Of a DNA stretch of 64,000 bases, positions 29,582-37,704 are shown one piece after another. Position 1 is the stretch's first letter. The number at the start of each line of letters is the position of its first letter. Source of the stretch: Candidatus Calditenuis fumarioli. GTDB lineage: Archaea; Thermoproteota; Nitrososphaeria_A; Caldarchaeales; Calditenuaceae. The notes below the pieces were generated by a model. The model saw only the letters and a list, made by a program, of their open reading frames with translations, was not told the origin of the DNA and made no database searches. The position numbers were made by a program, and so were the translations under genes. Where the stretch lies: assembly GCA_030059665.1 (NCBI GenBank), contig JANVYR010000002.1:160001-224000 (forward strand), read 5' to 3'.

Positions 29582-30031
29582 TCATCCCCTGCTGACCGCG
29601 AGGATCGCCACCTTGTCGTTGGCGCACGACAGCGAGATCGTCCCCGCTGAGTAGGAACGGCTCGGGTCGAACGCTCCCCACACGACGGAGAAGAGCCTGT
29701 GGTCCACCTCCACTGAACCGTCGCTGCTCCGCATCAGCTTGACCACGGTGAAGTTCACAGCTATTCCACGAGGTGCCACAGAGGCAATGATGCCCAGCGC
29801 TTCATCCGGTGATGTGTACTCTTCTCTGCAGATGAGCTCGTCGAGGTCGCCCCTCTCGTTGAGGGCCCCCAGCATTTTGTTGGCAATCTCCTCCAGGTCT
29901 CCCCTGTGCTCGGAGGTCGAGGCCGTCTTCAGCGAGACTATCTGGATGTACAGCATCAGCCCGATCACTATTATCGAGGCCGCAAGTATCGCCTCGACGG
30001 TCCACGCTATCCCGGCCCTGCGCCTCCTCAC
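29582..30031 (-). CDS. Pilin-like protein with class III signal peptide
   Basis: MRRRRAG|IAWTVEAILAASIIVIGLMLY; the GTG start overlaps the upstream stop. Confidence 0.65.
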   Translation of the reverse strand: MRRRRAGIAWTVEAILAASIIVIGLMLYIQIVSLKTASTSEHRGDLEEIANKMLGALNERGDLDELICREEYTSPDEALGIIASVAPRGIAVNFTVVKLMRSSDGSVEVDHRLFSVVWGAFDPSRSYSAGTISLSCANDKVAILAVSRG

Positions 30032-30825
30032 ATCGCCCCACCCGACCAGGCCCAGACCTCGATCGTTATCGAGACGCCGTTCTCCATGATCGTGGAGTCT
30101 GAGACGTAGACCGCATCGCTCGGCACCCTGACGCTCGACGGATCGACGGATCTGCCCTTGACGAAGGCCAGCACCGCCTCTGGATACGCAGACGGGACGA
30201 CGACGTATGAGCCGCCATCGGTGTAGAAAACGATCGGCGACTCGTGTGTGAAGACGCTCGTCAGCGCACCGGGTTCTATTGTGTCGCTGTACGTGAAGGA
30301 GCACACCTTAAGCTGAGCGTTCGCCCTGATGGTTCCATCGCTCTCGATTTTCACGAGGTTCGGATCCGGCCTCATCCCGGTGATTCCGACGCCGTACCTG
30401 GAGACCGCAACGCCCTTCCCCGGACCAGTGGGGCAGGCGAAGACCTGCGAGGGGAAGGACGGCGATGCACCGGCTTGGGAGATGGCGATACGCTGGGGGA
30501 AACTGATCCTCGCCACGAAGTCGACCCGGAACCCCGTTAGGTCCATCGCAGGCCGACCGACGTAGCTCGGGTTCAGCTCGAGGAGGTTCTTGGACGACCT
30601 CGAGATGTAGCCCTTCAGGAAGTTGGTGACGGCCCTGGCCTCTGCCCTCACCATCGCGTCCTCCGTGTAGCTCAGGTACATCGATCCGCCGCTCAGCGCG
30701 AAGACCACCACGACCCCGACCGCAAGGGCGAAGACGCCCGCAGCGATCGCGGCGTCGACGACCGCCTCCAACGAGGGACGACCAGAGTGCTGGGCTAAAA
30801 GCGTTGTTTCCGGGACGATCCTCAA
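30028..30825 (-). CDS. Pilin-like/secreted protein
   Basis: ...QHSG|RPSLEAVVDAAIAAGVFALAVGVVVVF, similar to the G-Q-x-S-x-E class III motif. Confidence 0.5.
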   Translation of the reverse strand: MRIVPETTLLAQHSGRPSLEAVVDAAIAAGVFALAVGVVVVFALSGGSMYLSYTEDAMVRAEARAVTNFLKGYISRSSKNLLELNPSYVGRPAMDLTGFRVDFVARISFPQRIAISQAGASPSFPSQVFACPTGPGKGVAVSRYGVGITGMRPDPNLVKIESDGTIRANAQLKVCSFTYSDTIEPGALTSVFTHESPIVFYTDGGSYVVVPSAYPEAVLAFVKGRSVDPSSVRVPSDAVYVSDSTIMENGVSITIEVWAWSGGAM

Positions 30826-30879
30826 ACGCGCCGATGCCCACCAGATTTTAATATCGTTGCGTTATGCCGGAGGCGGATC

Positions 30880-31179
30880 ATGGAGGAGCTGCTGAGGCGG
30901 ATCAAGGTCGAGATCGTGGGCAATTACAGGAACTTCGTCCCGAGCCTCGGCGTCACGACAGACGGCACGTGGGAGATCCAGATCCTGGACAAGTTCGAGA
31001 GCTTCATGGGGCCGCTCGAGTGCCCCATCGACAGGGAGGAGGTTAAGCTGGAGGAGGCCGTTCTCTGTCCCATCTGCATGACGCCCTACCACCTGGACTG
31101 CGCCAGACTGCTCGCCAGCAGGAGGGAGAAGTGCTGGAAGTGCGACAAGTTCGAGAGGTTCGATCTGCTGGTGACGTGA
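30880..31179 (+). CDS. Small RING-like zinc-finger protein (C4HC3/Prok-RING type), candidate E3
   Basis: C-x2-D-x11-C-x2-C-x4-H-x2-C-x10-C-x2-C (CPID…CPICMTPYHLDC…CWKC). Confidence 0.7.
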   Translation: MEELLRRIKVEIVGNYRNFVPSLGVTTDGTWEIQILDKFESFMGPLECPIDREEVKLEEAVLCPICMTPYHLDCARLLASRREKCWKCDKFERFDLLVT

Positions 31180-31180
31180 G

Positions 31181-32023
31181 GTGGAGCCCGCGGAGACGAG
31201 GAAGGTTCTGCTCACACTGGTGACCGATCCACGACGGTTCGGCAGCTCACTCTACTTCAACCCCGACGTGCTCGGCTTCAGGCTCGGCACGGATTCGTGG
31301 ACGGCCCTCGAGGCGCTCGTCTCGCTGGAGGACGCGGGGATCCTGAAGCTCTCGGCCCCACCGGAGCTGGAGCTCCTGTATCAGGTCGAGCTGACCAAGG
31401 TGCGCGTCGCCAACTTCCTCGAATTGAAGGGTTACCAGGAGATCACCTCCGACTTCAAGAGGGTCTGGCTTCTGGGGAGGGTGCTGAAGCTAGAGTCGCC
31501 TCAGCAGCTCGGTCTCCGTCTAACGGACTACTCTCCGAGGCTCTCCGCCCTTTCGGGGAACCTGACTAAGATGTTGAAGCTCTTCGAGAGCAAGTCGCTG
31601 GTCAGCAAGGAGGTCTACATGAGGGTCGCGTCCTCGGTGATGCGCGAGACGGCCTCTGCCGCGAGGGACGCGAAGGAGATACTGTCGGAGCTGAGCGACT
31701 TGGTCCGCACGATATCCCAGCTGATATCCAGGCTCAGGGAGGCGCGATCGTCCATCGAGGAGACGTCCGCCAAGCTGGGTATCAAGCTGGAGGAGAACGA
31801 GAGCCTGATCAGGGCCTACCGCGAATCGGAGCGCGAGCTGCTGGAGCTCCTCGGGCTCGTCAAGTCCAAGCTGCTCGAATCCTTCCCCAACTGGAGCGCC
31901 GTCCTTACCTCGTACGACAAGCTCAGGAGCGAGTTCGGTGCGACAGGGCAAGATTTCATCTCGGCGCTGGAGACCATGAAGTCCATAAACGACAAATTCG
32001 TGCTGGTCACGCAGATCGGTTGA
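31181..32023 (+). CDS. Hypothetical protein: wHTH-like N-terminus plus long coiled coil
   Basis: LGFRLG…ALEALVSLEDAGIL, then heptad-rich helices; translationally coupled to the RING gene. Confidence 0.7.
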   Translation: MEPAETRKVLLTLVTDPRRFGSSLYFNPDVLGFRLGTDSWTALEALVSLEDAGILKLSAPPELELLYQVELTKVRVANFLELKGYQEITSDFKRVWLLGRVLKLESPQQLGLRLTDYSPRLSALSGNLTKMLKLFESKSLVSKEVYMRVASSVMRETASAARDAKEILSELSDLVRTISQLISRLREARSSIEETSAKLGIKLEENESLIRAYRESERELLELLGLVKSKLLESFPNWSAVLTSYDKLRSEFGATGQDFISALETMKSINDKFVLVTQIG

Positions 32024-33092
32024 TCTGGTCCAGCAACCTCTTCAGCAGCTTGATCTCGTCGCTTATCTGGCCCAGCAGGTCCACGGCCTTGTTCGTCCGG
32101 ACCTCCATCGCGTCGAGCAGCGCCTTCTCGACCCGCTGACCCCGCGACCTTATCCCCCTGATCGCGTCCAGCTGCTCCCTGAGCTGCGCTATCCCGGCCT
32201 CGATCACCCTCAGGTAACCTTCCAGGTCGCCACCGGAACCAACGCCGAACTTCCGCAGCAACTCGTTGTAGAGGTACTCGTACTCCTCCTTCGAGATCTC
32301 GCCCAGGTTAAGCCTGGTCCTGAGGAGCTCTATCTCCACCTCGACGAACGGTGGCAGCGTCACGGCCTCGTCCTGCTGGAAGTACTTGCCCAGGGCCTGA
32401 ACGATCTCATCCAGGCGCTCCGTGACCTCGGCCTTCGTGGCCTCGAGTTGCTTCGGATCTAGGTCGCCGATGGTGGTCCGTAGGAAGTCCTCCTCCAACC
32501 GCTCGCGGAGGTGCCTGAGACCGCTCAGCATCTCAGACCAGATGCCTCCCCCTCCACCCTCTATCTGATCGATCGTCGCCTCTATCTCCTGAAGCCCCCT
32601 CACCACCTCGTTCACGAGCTTCTGGTCCTGCTCCTTTGATGAGGTTAGGTTCAGCAGCGAGGTCACCAGCTGAGACCTCCTCCTGATGAGCCCGCCGAGG
32701 ATTATCGGGGACGGAGGAAGGTCGTTAAGGTTCACGGACTCGAGGCCGAGGGCGAGCTCGACAGCGGCCCTCCTGAGGCTTTCGTACTCGGTCTCGGTCA
32801 TCCTCCCGGCGAGGAACCTGAAATCGATGGTCCTGATCAGCTGGATGAGCTTGGACCTCAGCGCCGGGTCGTTCGGGACGGACGCGATCGATATCAGTCC
32901 CGTTGCCTGGAGGTTCAGAAGCCGCTCGATGACGCGCTCCTCAGTGGTTTGCAGGCTCGCGGCCAGATCGGACACGTTCACGCTGACCCTCCCCGACCTC
33001 CTCGGCAATTCGGCCAGGTAGCGCACCAGCGCCATGTCCTCGGCTGTGAGGTGCAACTCCCACGCACTTGGCTTGCCATGGTTATTAAGCAT
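32007..33092 (-). CDS. wHTH + coiled-coil protein with SHOCT/CdvA-like motifs
   Basis: N-terminal DLAASL…RLLNLQATGLI; repeated motifs AGRMTETEY, IGDLDPKQL and LGEISKEEY. The true start is probably at 33036-33057. Confidence 0.65.
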   Translation of the reverse strand: MLNNHGKPSAWELHLTAEDMALVRYLAELPRRSGRVSVNVSDLAASLQTTEERVIERLLNLQATGLISIASVPNDPALRSKLIQLIRTIDFRFLAGRMTETEYESLRRAAVELALGLESVNLNDLPPSPIILGGLIRRRSQLVTSLLNLTSSKEQDQKLVNEVVRGLQEIEATIDQIEGGGGGIWSEMLSGLRHLRERLEEDFLRTTIGDLDPKQLEATKAEVTERLDEIVQALGKYFQQDEAVTLPPFVEVEIELLRTRLNLGEISKEEYEYLYNELLRKFGVGSGGDLEGYLRVIEAGIAQLREQLDAIRGIRSRGQRVEKALLDAMEVRTNKAVDLLGQISDEIKLLKRLLDQINRSA

Positions 33093-33186
33093 TGAACCAA
33101 GGGAGACGGAGCGGGTTTTCCGGTCGCATCGAGCCGGCCATCGCCAACCCGCGTTGTTCTAAGCGGTTGACGCCCTTTGGAACGAC

Positions 33187-33193
33187 TTATTAA
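33187..33193 (+). promoter_or_regulatory. TATA-like box for the Ubl-E2/JAB operon
   Basis: TTATTAA about 40 nt upstream of the GTG start at 33231. Confidence 0.5.
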
Positions 33194-33230
33194 CAGGCTT
33201 TTGCCTCTTCTGAGTTCGAGGTAGGACGTT

Positions 33231-34049
33231 GTGATCATAACCGTGAACGAGCTGACCACGAGAAGGAGCGTGAAGCTAGAGGTCGAGCCGGGACACACCG
33301 TGCGTGTGGTGGTCGAGGAGGTTATGAAGGCCCTCAAGATACCGCCGACAACGACGTACCGGCTCGTGCTCGGCGGCAAGGAGATCGGCCCTGAGCTCTT
33401 CGACAAGACGCTCGGCGAGCTGGGCATCTCGGACGGCGCCATCATGGACCTGGTACCGAGGCCGGTGGGTGGAGCGATGCTGCCGCAGGACAAGCTGCTG
33501 AAGAGGCTCGAGCGGGAGGAGCAGGAGATGAGGCAGCAGGGGTACGAGTTCGTCCGGGAGGAGGTCTGGAGGCAGATGAGCTTCCCGATGGTTTACAGCG
33601 CCGGGCTCGAGACCCTCGACGTAGCGCTGAGGTACGTCGTCACCTTTCAGGCACGCGGTTTCGTGCTGACCAAGAAGGGCGTGGAGGAGCAGCTCACCCA
33701 CACCGCCAGCATCTACGTGCTCCGGTACTACCCATACCCCGATCCGAAGCACGGTGCGCCGATGAGGATCTTCTGGGAGAGCAACATCTTCCATCCGAAC
33801 ATCTGCCCCGGGCCCAGATACGGCGGAAACGGGCTCGTCTGCTGGAAGATGATCAGGGAGTGGGGGAAGAACTTCTCGCTGTCGACGCTGGTGAGGGGCC
33901 TCCAGCTTCTCGTTGAGAACCCGAACCCCGAGGACCCGCTCAGCAAGATCCCCATCTGCATGCAAGCGACCGCCTTCTTCAAGGAGAACCCGCACCTCAT
34001 GGGATCCATGCAGGCTCCTGCCGGGGGCAGGCCGCGCGTCGTCGAATAG
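33231..34049 (+). CDS. Ubiquitin-like (aa 1-81, ends GG) fused to an E2/UBC conjugating domain
   Basis: Beta-grasp pattern ending KTLGELGISDGAIMDLVPRPVGG. The E2 motifs follow: YPY..P, IFHPNI, GLVCW (C204), WG…SLSTLV and NPNPEDPL. Confidence 0.88.
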   Translation: MIITVNELTTRRSVKLEVEPGHTVRVVVEEVMKALKIPPTTTYRLVLGGKEIGPELFDKTLGELGISDGAIMDLVPRPVGGAMLPQDKLLKRLEREEQEMRQQGYEFVREEVWRQMSFPMVYSAGLETLDVALRYVVTFQARGFVLTKKGVEEQLTHTASIYVLRYYPYPDPKHGAPMRIFWESNIFHPNICPGPRYGGNGLVCWKMIREWGKNFSLSTLVRGLQLLVENPNPEDPLSKIPICMQATAFFKENPHLMGSMQAPAGGRPRVVE

Positions 34050-34059
34050 CACGCCGATC

Positions 34060-34530
34060 ATGTGCGCCGAAGAGAGGCCGGTTTACCCAGTTTACATCGA
34101 CCTAGAGGTTTTGCTGGACGTGACGAAGCACGCACTGGAGGAGCTGCCGCGTGAGGTGATTGGGTTTCTGCTGGGGAGGGCCTACACGTGGAACGGCGAG
34201 ACGTATGTCCACGTGACCGGTTCGATAAGAGGTCGGTCCATCGCCTCCGAGACCTCAGTCGCCTTCGCTCCCGATTCACTGGCCGAGGTGGCCGAGTCTC
34301 TCAGGCGAGATCATCCCGACAAGGAGATCGTCGGATGGTACCACTCGCACCCGGGATACGGATGCTTTCTGTCACCGACCGACATAACGTCGCACAAATC
34401 TTGCTTCGCGATGCCGCATCACGTCGCGCTGGTGGTGGATCCGGTGAGGAAGGAGGCAGCCTTCTTTCGCGTCTCGGAGGGATTCGGCTACGAGGGCGTG
34501 AGGTCGGCCATCGTGAGGAGGCGGGTGTGA
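34060..34530 (+). CDS. JAB/MPN+ metalloprotease, Rpn11-like
   Basis: EVIGFLLG, VGWYHSHPGYGCFLSPTD and ALVVDP. Confidence 0.92.
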   Translation: MCAEERPVYPVYIDLEVLLDVTKHALEELPREVIGFLLGRAYTWNGETYVHVTGSIRGRSIASETSVAFAPDSLAEVAESLRRDHPDKEIVGWYHSHPGYGCFLSPTDITSHKSCFAMPHHVALVVDPVRKEAAFFRVSEGFGYEGVRSAIVRRRV

Positions 34531-34531
34531 A

Positions 34532-34705
34532 ATGGTCAGGGTGTTGGACGTCACGGAGCCGCAGCCCGAGCAGAGGCCTCCCCCTGACATAACGGACGAG
34601 TACGAGGTGATATCGCGCGATGAGGAGGGAGACGGTTACGACATCTCGGAGATCGTGGACATGTTGAAAGGCATGGAAAGCGGCGAGGGGGACGCTCAGC
34701 CCTGA
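34532..34705 (+). CDS. Small acidic protein (57 aa, below the ORF-track cutoff)
   Basis: ATG 1 nt after the JAB stop; MVRVLDVTEPQPEQRPPPDITDEYEVISRDEEGDGYDISEIVDMLKGMESGEGDAQP, with 17 D/E residues. Confidence 0.6.
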   Translation: MVRVLDVTEPQPEQRPPPDITDEYEVISRDEEGDGYDISEIVDMLKGMESGEGDAQP

Positions 34706-35430
34706 ATCCTCTCCAGAACCTCCCTTCTCAGCACCGCTTCGCTCTCCTCGATCGCCCTCATGACGCTCTGGACCCTCGAGGCCGGCTTGATGCCGCCCAG
34801 CGCGCGCTTTGATAACTCGATCTCCTGTTGCATCAGCAAAGCCACCTCCAGTATTATGTCCGAGAGGCCGGTCGAACCGCCCTCGTATTCCCTCATGAGG
34901 ATGGCTAGGTCGTCACCGACGTACGAGGAGAGCCAGATCCACCTGTCCAGACCCTCATAGGCTCTCCTGGCGTTCTGCAGGTCCTCGATCTCCAGCTGCG
35001 CTAGCCTCAGAAGGTGAAGCCCCTCCTCCTTCTTGCCCAGCTGGTGTAGTATGCCGGCGGCAGCTGCGAGCCTCAGCAGCAACTTCAGCGATGCGCCCGC
35101 CTCCACGACGTTCCTCGGCATCCTCTTGCTCAGGAGACGGTACGACATGTCGGCGGCGCTCAAGGTGAGCAGGAATTCCGCCGCCAGGCGATTCAGTTCC
35201 TCCAACACCTCCTCGTTTCCCGACTTTTCAGCCGCAACGCGGTTCAGCACCAGCGAGAGTGACGTCCTGAGCTGTTCCAGCCTCGAGACCTTCTCCAGCA
35301 GGCTGCCGAGCGACGCCTCACCGAGTAAGGGCGAATCGAAGACCTGAAGGACTACGGGGGGACGCAGGCTGTACTCCGCGACGCTCACGACCCTAGGGTT
35401 TTTCCCCCGCCTCCTGCCTCTCCTGACCAT
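34696..35430 (-). CDS. Hypothetical all-helical protein
   Basis: 244-aa ORF with good codon bias, Leu/Glu-rich amphipathic helices. Confidence 0.7.
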   Translation of the reverse strand: MVRRGRRRGKNPRVVSVAEYSLRPPVVLQVFDSPLLGEASLGSLLEKVSRLEQLRTSLSLVLNRVAAEKSGNEEVLEELNRLAAEFLLTLSAADMSYRLLSKRMPRNVVEAGASLKLLLRLAAAAGILHQLGKKEEGLHLLRLAQLEIEDLQNARRAYEGLDRWIWLSSYVGDDLAILMREYEGGSTGLSDIILEVALLMQQEIELSKRALGGIKPASRVQSVMRAIEESEAVLRREVLERIQG

Positions 35431-35711
35431 TTGATTGCTTATTATGGTGATAATATATAGGTCTTTTCAAGGACGGGGTTTCCGGTCACGGAGTGGGTGT
35501 TGCTGGCGCTTTCGTCGTCCTCCTGTGACGGACCGCATCGAGCCTTTCCTGTTATCCTCCGGTGCATGCCGCTTTGGTCGAAACTCCGTTCCGCAGCGAT
35601 CACCGACCATCGCGAGGACTCCTATCAGACACCCGGGTTACGCTCGAAACGGCCGAAGCCATACCGGGCGAGGTGCGGCGTTCTGACAGCCTCTAACGCC
35701 ACTCCTTTCTC

Positions 35712-35734
35712 TCTACTGTTTGTATCACAGTAGA
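35712..35734. promoter_or_regulatory. Perfect 8-bp inverted repeat, candidate operator
   Basis: TCTACTGT-ttgtatc-ACAGTAGA in the divergent intergenic region upstream of the secretion ATPase. Confidence 0.45.
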
Positions 35735-35889
35735 ACTCAACGGGCCGGAGACTCCTCGCACGTCAGTTGGCCGGGCTCGGACGTCTCTAGTCCCGCTCGA
35801 TTAGCGTCCGGAATTTCTTAAATAATGGATGGCATCAATCATCAAGCCCCGTGGCAACATTTAACAGTCAGCACATTTGTGTACCATCA

Positions 35890-37704
35890 ATGGGTAAGGG
35901 CGATTCCTCCGATAAATCTAGGCGCATCGTTCCGATAAAATTCAAGCGCTGGGATGTGCCCCCGAACGTTGAGGTCTTCGACCGGTACAAGTCCGCGATG
36001 AGCGAGATCGTCATCGGCAGGGAACCCGGCTCACCGGTTCTGAAGTACTTCGTCCAGGACCCGCCGGTGAGCGAAAAGGAGCTCGAGCAGCTGGGCGAGC
36101 TGGCGGGTGAGCTGATCTACACCGCTCGCGGGCAGCAGGACTTCACCCGGGAGAAGTTCGAGGAAGTGCTGAAGAAGCGTAACTTGTACAACCCGATCCT
36201 GATGCACTACATCGAGAGGGAGCTTTGGGGATACGGCCCGCTCACCGCGGTAATGGCGGATCCTAAGATAGAGAACGTGGAGTGCAACAAGGCCGACTCA
36301 CCGGTGACCGTGACCCACACGGATTACGGGAGGATCGAGACCAACATGGCCTTCGCTGCGGACGAGCTCGACCGGCTGGTGATGCGGCTTGCCCATCTGG
36401 CGGGAAAGAGCGTGTCGGTGTTCAAGCCCTTCCTGGACGGCGTAACCATTCCCGGTGGTCACAGGTACACCTGCACCTACCGGACCGAGATATCGTCCAG
36501 CAGCACCTTCGCCATCAGGAAGTTCCCGGAGAAGCCCTGGACGATCGGAAAGCTGCTGTTGAACGAAACCATAACGCCGGAGATGGCTGCGTGGATCTGG
36601 CTGATGATCGAGACGAGGCAGGCGATACTCGTGGCAGGGGTGATGGGATCGGGCAAGACTTCGCTGATAAACGCCTTGGCCTCATTCACGCCTCCTCACA
36701 TGAAGATCGGGACCGCGGAGGACGTGCCGGAGTTCAGGCTGCCCCACACGTACTGGCTGAGGTACGTGATCAGGGAGGCGCAGACGATAGAGGGGACAGG
36801 GGCTGTGACGATCTTCGATTTGCTCAAGCTGCTCCTGAGGAGCAACGTGGACTACATCATGGTCAACGAGATCAGGGGAGAGGACGCCAAGGTCTGGATG
36901 CAGGCCGTTGCCACCGGACACGGAGGCGTCACGAGCATCCACGCGGAGGACCCGGACACGGTGTTCGCCAGGCTGGAACAGCTCGGCATACCGACCGCCC
37001 ACCTTTCGGCGCTGAGGGGAATAGCCTTCATTGGCTTCATCTTCCAGGACATCGGCAAGGGTTACTTCAAGCGGATCAGGAAGGTTAAGGAGTTCTTCGA
37101 GGTGAAGATCGACGAGTCCGGCAGGGAGGTCCGCAGGCTTTTCTGGTACGAGACAGGACCCAACGGAGGTCCCAGGTCGCTCAGCCTCGAGGAGCTGCTC
37201 GAGAGCAACTCCGCCCAGCTGATGATGCAGTACCTCGGCCTCTCGAAGGAGAGGCTGGCGGAGGAGTACAGGACGAGGGTCGACTTCCTCAGGTGGGTCG
37301 CTGGCATGTCACGGGCTAACCCGGAGGTGGCCGAGATGGATAGCATCAAGCAGCTGATGGCAAACTTCTACCTCGACAAGAACTTCTTCAGGTCGATACC
37401 GGTTCCAGCGCCGGCGAGGCCGAAGGAGCAGGAGAAGGCCGAGGTGCGGCCCGTCAAGCCTAAGGTGACCATACCGGTAGCCGTCAGGGAGGCGACGGCG
37501 AAGGAGCAGAAGGAGGGGGAGCAGAAGGAGGCGAAGGAGGTCGAGGCGAAGAGGCTCGGCGACGTGAGACTGGTGGGAATGGGCGACATGGTCCTGAGAC
37601 CGCCGCGCGTGGTGAAGAAGGGCAAGATGAAGTCTCAGGAGGAGAAAGAGAGGAAGGTGATGGGCGCACTGGCGTCCAAGCTCCGCAGGTCGGGTGAGGG
37701 GTGA
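35890..37704 (+). CDS. Type IV pilus/Tad/T2SS assembly ATPase (VirB11/TadA/ArlI family)
   Basis: Walker A GVMGSGKT, Asp box EDVPE, Walker B YIMVNEIRG, His box GHGGVTSIHA; charged C-terminal tail. An upstream GTG at 35851 is possible. Confidence 0.92.
   Translation: MGKGDSSDKSRRIVPIKFKRWDVPPNVEVFDRYKSAMSEIVIGREPGSPVLKYFVQDPPVSEKELEQLGELAGELIYTARGQQDFTREKFEEVLKKRNLYNPILMHYIERELWGYGPLTAVMADPKIENVECNKADSPVTVTHTDYGRIETNMAFAADELDRLVMRLAHLAGKSVSVFKPFLDGVTIPGGHRYTCTYRTEISSSSTFAIRKFPEKPWTIGKLLLNETITPEMAAWIWLMIETRQAILVAGVMGSGKTSLINALASFTPPHMKIGTAEDVPEFRLPHTYWLRYVIREAQTIEGTGAVTIFDLLKLLLRSNVDYIMVNEIRGEDAKVWMQAVATGHGGVTSIHAEDPDTVFARLEQLGIPTAHLSALRGIAFIGFIFQDIGKGYFKRIRKVKEFFEVKIDESGREVRRLFWYETGPNGGPRSLSLEELLESNSAQLMMQYLGLSKERLAEEYRTRVDFLRWVAGMSRANPEVAEMDSIKQLMANFYLDKNFFRSIPVPAPARPKEQEKAEVRPVKPKVTIPVAVREATAKEQKEGEQKEAKEVEAKRLGDVRLVGMGDMVLRPPRVVKKGKMKSQEEKERKVMGALASKLRRSGEG

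Noticed and set aside
34532-34705. Pup-like modifier call for the acidic peptide
   Set aside because: It lacks the terminal GGE/GGQ, and no PafA/Dop genes are present.
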